Source of the DNA: Bigelowiella natans CCMP2755 | Taxonomy: Eukaryota; Protista; Cercozoa | NCBI GenBank assembly: GCA_000320545.1 | Contig: ADNK01001511.1 | Span: 35,627-99,626, forward strand | Length of the DNA stretch: 64,000 nt | Direction: 5' to 3' | Shown here: piece after piece, positions 57,172-64,000 of the stretch | Layout of the letters: each line of letters begins with the position of its first letter | Numbering within the stretch: the stretch's first letter is position 1 | Translations under genes and position numbers: made by a program | Notes under the pieces: model-generated | The model's database searches: none | Seen by the model: the letters and a program-made list of their open reading frames with translations, nothing else | What the model was told of the DNA's origin: nothing

Positions 57172-57598
57172 CAGACCGCACTGTTGTTTGTTTGCGTAGT
57201 ACGTGTATGCCCATTACATATACATACACATACGGATACGGATACGTATGAGTGTGTTTATTCTATTCCTAGTTGGTCCTTAGTTTCACAATATATCGTC
57301 TATCTATTACAAACCACAACAATACTTACAATGTATCGTTTATCTAGTACAAACCACAACAATACTTACAATGTATCGTCTATCTATTACAAACCACAAC
57401 AATACTTCTGCTACTATTACTACTACTACTACTACTACTACTACCACTACTACCACTGCTACATCTGTGTCTTAAAACACTGTTATTATCATCCACCACA
57501 TGATTGTAGCTATGCTCGCAAAGCCACGTGTATATTTTTGAATTGGACAAGTTGAAGGATAAAGACTATGCGGACCAAGTACTACAACTACTACTACA

Positions 57599-57630
<32 letters not shown>

Positions 57631-58939
57631 CACATCTCTTGTTCTTATTGTTCTTGTTGTTGAGTTATTACTAATATCTATGAAGTCGTCATGTTAGTAT
57701 TATATGTGCAATCGTTCTCATCGTCTCCTTCATGCGTATGAACTGTGTTGCTTCTTGTACCGTATGTTGTTGTTGATCGCTCTCTTTGCCTTGTTCTACC
57801 TACCTGTATGATTCCGTCGTAATATAGATCAATGAGCTCAATGAATTTAAAGAAAGAAAAAATAAACTAATGGCTGCTGGTGAAGAAGAAGAAGAAAAAG
57901 AAGAAGAAGAAGAAGAAGAGGTAATCGATAAGAAGTAACACATGACATAGTGGAAACGGCTTCTACGTGCTTTTTGCACACCACACTACGAAAGATATGA
58001 TCCACCAACTATAATTTATACAGAAGAACAGTCTAAGTGGGCTGAATGCTGCTATAAGAGGGGGGGGCAATAATAATAATAAGAGAAAAGATACGATGAA
58101 GGAGTCAAGACAACAAATGAGAGGTTGATTGTTGTACTAATGTTGTGACATTAGAGTCATTAAATGAGTAGTTTGTCACTAATTGATGATGACGATGACG
58201 ATGATGATGACGACGATGATGCTCTTAGGGTATGTGTGTTCGTTCCCGTTGACATACTTGGAGAAAGTTCAAACTTCCAGCATCCTAGCAGACCGTTTCG
58301 CTCTCGCTCTTAATGTAGTGAATTATAGAATCAATGAATCTATCAAACACTTATGATAAGCTATATGAATCATTCAAATCCTCAAAACCTAAACAACAAC
58401 TCTCATTAAACATCCATCATTGAGTATTTGATGGTATGATTAATTGACTGCCAAGATGATTTCGAAATACTACTGAATAATCCATTGGACAGTAGCAATA
58501 ATGGTCAATATGCATGCTACTCTGAAATCCCTCTTTACATCAAAATAGCAATTCATCCGTCATCAACACCATCAACATTATTACTATCATCAATAAGAAG
58601 ATATCCATATCTCATAATGCTCATTGTATTCTTCCTATTTTTTAAAGGAAAAAGCCTCACGAGAGGCAACGATTCCTACTCATATACTGCTGAGTAGTTG
58701 TCATCGGAAAATGGTAATAAACGTCATATATTTCGTCTTGTTCTCTTTCAGTATCTACTTACTGCTGTGACTCTTTGTGATAATACGACATCATCATTAT
58801 GTACACGTATTCTTCTTCTTCCTTTTCTTCTTATTCATCACCATCAACACCAACAGCATCATTATCAGCAATATCAGCAATATCAATAGCATAGTACATC
58901 ACTGTAGTTTTCCTACACACACACACACACACACACAAA

Positions 58940-58983
<44 letters not shown>

Positions 58984-59748
58984 GTCCGTGAAATATTATA
59001 AATTGAGTCATTTGTTGCTGACGGCCAATAGATTATTGAGGATCTCCAAATAGCACACGACACGTTGAGAATATCAGCAAACAGCCAGTAATAACAATAG
59101 ATAATGATGCGATGAGAGTACAGAAGAAGAAGAAAAGAAGAAGAAGAAGAAGTGCACTGCTGTGTTCGTTTTGTACTCCAAATGCACAATGTGGAAAACT
59201 ATTCATGGGAGTATTTCGAATACGAATGTGCGTGTGTGTGCGTGTGTGTGCGTGTGTGCGTGGCGTTCACATGGCTTACGTTATTAATTTTCAGTAAGTC
59301 TACACTAATTTGCAAACATTCTTACGTTATCGTAACAGTATATTGTGTCAATATCATCATCATCATCATTATCGTCGTCGTCGATTTCACTTAGCTACGC
59401 ACGTTTTTGACATTTTAATCTTAGGTTTTTGTGCTTGCAGCACGAATTTCTCCCTATGAACCAATCGAAGGTATCAATAGTAGTAACTTGCAACAAAGAG
59501 ATGATGCTACTTACTGTTGGTTGCTCACTTAATGCTTTTCGATATCATGGATTATGGCAGAAATATCATCTAGAGTACCCAGCTTTTAGAACTCTGAGTG
59601 CATGTCGTCACCCTGCGATCATGTTTTTAAATCAATTACCAGCGGCTTTGAAGGTAGATGGGTAGTAGATACAGCATCTAAGATGATGATGATGATGATG
59701 ATGATAATGATGACTACTATGTTACATAAGAAGTAGTACTTGCTTCGA

Positions 59749-59782
<34 letters not shown>

Positions 59783-60269
59783 TTGTTTTTTAAACGACGT
59801 CCTCCTCGTTGAAATCAGGTTAATATGAAGCCGTTCTACCGATGTGGGTATCTATTTCTCGGTCCTAGATATATGGAAGATTCTCACATGGTAGTCAGTT
59901 GATAGAGAATATGATTATGATGATGATGATGATGATGATGATAATAATAGTGGTACTGAAACTAGCCATCCCATGGATATAATTATCATCGTTGCTGGTG
60001 CAAAAAACTTTGGCATTCCTTCATTCGTTCATAGATATCATCATCATCATCATCATCGTGATCGATCTTCACGATAATAGCGTTAACGACAATCATAATT
60101 ATCACACCACAACATTAGGCAAATCCCAAACTACCAAAATCTCTACAACCGGCACTGCTGCACGTACACGTTTGCAGGAGGAGAACAAGAAGAAAGACCA
60201 AACCTCCATCGCTGCTGCATCGAGCGATATGGTCAATAGCTAAAATATCAATTCATAAACAACATACGT

Positions 60270-60324
<55 letters not shown>

Positions 60325-60330
60325 CGCTGA

Positions 60331-60379
<49 letters not shown>

Positions 60380-63300
60380 TATGTAGTTATCACAATACCC
60401 AAGACTCTTATCCTCGAAATAAAGAGAGTAGTATATGTTTATTGAATATGTAATACAATAGCTTAAACGTAAGCGAATGCTGGTGCGGATGATGCCGGAG
60501 AAACCTATTAGATCTGGGGCCCCGGTAACAAACCACCACCACCAGCACCCACTGTTGTGAAATTGCGGTTTATTATGTGGTATTATTCGTTGTTGTTCGT
60601 TCACACACCGATCACCACTACCTACCTATTGTCATCGTTTAATTTGGAAGGAAGAGAATAGTATTAGTTAAATTGAAATGATTTCTTTTACTTCTTCTCT
60701 CTTTTTCTCTCTCTTTGTGGTGTCGTTTTTGCTGTTTGATCTGGTCTGATATCTCAATTACATCATCATGTTTTATCTGGTGTGATCATATCTCAATTAC
60801 ATCATCATGCATGATCTCACAAGGATTCGAATCTAGACTTCCACCTTTGGGTCGAAAGCATAGCTTGGTTCTGTTACCCCTCCCCCCCCCCTCCTCTAAC
60901 CGCTTTACACAACCCACGATTTTGTTGATAAATACGACGATGATTATTATGATTATGGTGATGGTTGCGAACAATGTTGGTGCAAATATCGGTTCATTGC
61001 CTGTTTTTTTCTGTTTATACTTCTTCTTCTTCCTCTTCCTCACTAATAATATGTCTGCTGCTTCTGTTAAAAGGGGGCTAGCTAAAGATGATATCTTGAC
61101 TCATGAGATGGGAGGCAAGATAGGGGGGGGAAGGGGCACTGGTGCTGCAGCTGCTACAGATGCTACTGGAGGGGGAGCTATGGGAGGTGGACAAGGAGGG
61201 ACACGGAGAGGATCTTCAAGCGCTGCTGGAAAGTAGTACTACTCAAGGATAATCAACACTTTTCTAATAACCCATTCTCCCCCCTCCCCCCCCCCCCTCC
61301 CCCCCCTCTTTCTCTCTCTTTCTTCAAACACGCATGTATAGAGAGGAGGGGGGGGAGGCTTTTTTTCTTATCTGAAGACATGGATCCTATATTAGGAGTT
61401 TCACGCTTGAGCGCGGTGTGTATAGAAAGAAAATGAACATCACCGGCGATGAAAGCATGTACCACTGCTTCAGGCTCCACATCCTCACACCATATAGAGA
61501 AATCGGTATTATTATCAATATTAGTATTATTATTATTGTTGTTGTTCTTGTTAGCGACGATGGTAGTCACAATACTGATGATGATATTGATGCTCACAAA
61601 GAGAAGTTTTATCTTTCTTACCATGGAAACCAGAGAAGAGAAAGAAGACACAGAGACGGCAAAACACGCTCAAGACCGTTGTTGTTTATGAACTTGTTAT
61701 TATCCATCAATATCATCAGGTGTTATAGGGGTAAGAAGAAAATACATCCCTCCTTACATTGACTCCTTCCAGGATATGATCTTCGTTTTAAAGGTAGGTG
61801 GTAGAAGAAGGCTGGTATAGTATCAACTAGTAGTAATTCTTATCATTATCTTCATAAGTATGTTCATCACTTGCGTAGTATTTGTAATAATGATGATGGT
61901 GATGATTATTGTGGTGGTGGTGATGTTATTGGTGGCGTGTTTATTATTTGCACACTGCATCGTTTGTTCTTTAAGGGCACTGAGTCTAAGGCAAATAAGC
62001 TCGATTTAGAACCTCATTTCATGACGGTAAAGTATCAATCATCATTTTGAAACGTATGCATAATCTTGAGTGTGGATGTGCGGTGATGACGATGATAATC
62101 AATCAAGAGGCATGCTGTGTTCAGATATCACGCACAATACTCAAACAATTTGCCAAATGCGATCAGAGAGAATAATAAAATAAATGACAAAGAATCTTTT
62201 GTTGGACACTACTACTACTGCTGCTACCACTGCTATATATCCATAGACTTTGGAGCGTATAGTAGACACATTATCTCCCTCTGCTGTAAACTGGGGAGCT
62301 GACAGTTGCTGGACAACAAGATTCCAAAAATCACCGAAAGAGCCCCATCCGACGTACATCGACTCATTCCTCATACAGCATCAGGTAACAGAAGAGATTT
62401 CTCCCCTTGAATATCAGCAAAACCAAAGAAGACGAGAGGAGGAACAATTCTATTAGCATAAATTGAATATTGAATCAGTATAATTGACGTTGATGTCAAT
62501 AAGCACAACCTGAGAGATCATCATCACAAATGGGAGAGTGCAATGACTTTACAGAGATATAAGCTACACGGCAAACTACAACTTATTCATTCCTATACAT
62601 TGGTTGCGTTGGTGCGTGCTAGTCACAACCTGGTTCCTGCACTGCAGCTCTTACTTACTAGTCCGCTCTCCATCATCTATAGTATTAACGATTGTTTGAT
62701 GATTATTATGGTGCTGCCTGTCACAAGGTCGATGCTTTGTTGTGCAATGACCAAGTATATTCGTGGCTAAGACATCGTGCCGTTTTCCCAAATATCGTCC
62801 CGAAATTCAAGTATTACTATTACTACTACTACTATTACTGCTACTACTACTTACTACTATCTAACTACTAGTATTAGTAGTACCGCATTCCTATGTGTGC
62901 TCTCTGTGGAAATTGCGAGATAAGGACAACATGCTACTCATTTCTTATTGCTAGAGAACCGCAGAATAAGCAACGATGCCTTCGCCATCATGATCGTCAT
63001 CATCATCATCATCACCGTCATTGTCATCGTTATCGTCAGCATCATCATCACGAATAGCATGCTTGTCTATCTACAGAATAAACGGAGCTGAGTGTAACAG
63101 ATTAGCCATGCAGTTTTGTAGAAGCGTTTGCATGGCTGCTCACGATGGAAAGGTGCTAGTAGATTATGATCTCAGAGGATGATCAGTATATAATAGCGAT
63201 ACAAAAAAGAAGATCTGACATCTTGCTGCTGTTATTCACTTCGTCTCAAACATCATCCTGGCATCACCATCATGAATACACTGCTGCTACTACTACTCAT

Positions 63301-63869
63301 CTACACAACTACTATGATCAACCAGATGATTCTACTGCTACTACATCTACTAAGATAACAACCCCTGCTCAAAGTACTGTGTCATCACTATCCCATCTGC
63401 TTACCTTCTTACTATTTATTCGTAGAATTTTGCTTTCGGCGGCCGCAAGTCAAGATCATCGTCTCTTAAGAAGAAAGTAATGCATTAGTTGTATGCATGC
63501 ATTATTCCAATCGATGTTTCAAGTAGAACGCTCCTCTTATACACATATATTCACTGTCGCTGACGACCGAGGATGTTGCTGACAATCAGGGGGGGGCTGG
63601 ACACCAGCAGTCTGTGTCTGTAATCGATCCTATGTCTATTTTGAAACGATTCGAAACTGAGGCTGCTCACGTACTCGATGGAGAATCGTCCTCGTCTTAT
63701 ACTGTAAATCAAGGCATTTCGGGAAGAATAAGACAGGTTTTGCTCAACAATTGGAGGTATGGCATAAACATCGGTTTCTCCCCCCCTCCCCTTCCCCCCC
63801 CCCCCAAGCCGAGGACGATTCGGTGTCGAGGCAGTGAGCAGCGGAAGTGCAGAATCGTGTTCGGCTTGA
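56232..63869 (+). CDS. Long intron-rich uncharacterised gene (start and end uncertain; may be two genes or continue past the window)
   Basis: Phase-consistent chain LLALKALSKLTGIPDLNVIHK|VLFINRDDVGAEWKIRHKNPDE|IHRLLEKCTIQVK|GSGYEEEDEEFLL..CECYM|LCSQSHVYIFELDKLK..|WKRLLRAF; later DSNLDFHLWVESIAW|GLAKDD.. and TLERIVDTLSP..|RYKLHGKLQLIHSYTL|VDALLCNDQVYSWLRHR; no family recognised. Confidence 0.6.
57291..57406. repeat. Intronic minisatellite, 3 x ~39 nt
   Basis: at(a/g)tatcgt(c/t)tatcta(t/g)tacaaaccacaacaatactt repeated three times. Confidence 0.9.
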
Positions 63870-64000
63870 CAGCGGACTGCTGACAGACAAAGACTGGGGA
63901 GGTCCAGTGATACCAGATTCTGGCATACTATTCGTTCGCTAACCTATGTGCGCATATGCGTTCAGACGGGTGTTCCCCTTTATCTTCGTTTGCCTCAATG

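Noticed and set aside
55847-58700. Minus-strand gene suggested by short ORFs (e.g. 55847-56161, 56418-56666)
   Set aside because: The plus strand gives a longer, phase-consistent GT-AG exon chain over the same region

Overview
Eukaryotic nuclear DNA, intron-rich and very microsatellite-rich. It probably comes from an alga with a secondary green plastid (chlorarachniophyte-like), inferred from signal+transit N-termini and a plant-type HPPD. Manual exon stitching gives about 11-12 spliced genes: RecQ helicase (5'-truncated), PX-BAR sorting nexin, a 7-finger RanBP2-type Zn-finger protein, a stand-alone PAS protein, a UxxC selenoprotein (AhpC/TSA-like, SelU/PRXL2-type) with a predicted plastid presequence and candidate SECIS, a DUF1995-like plastid protein, an iduronate-sulfatase-like sulfatase, HPPD, a Ser/Cys proline-racemase-family enzyme, an AAAP/SLC38 amino-acid transporter and a long uncharacterised gene. 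The most striking signal is a set of sharply bounded intergenic islands almost free of TpA, whose surviving TpA sit mainly in CTAG/CTA/TAG. Repeat copies shared between islands differ by TA/TG/CA substitutions, which suggests a targeted 'reverse-RIP' TpA->TpG/CpA hypermutation system. All gene models were built by eye, so internal exon boundaries and some starts and ends are approximate.
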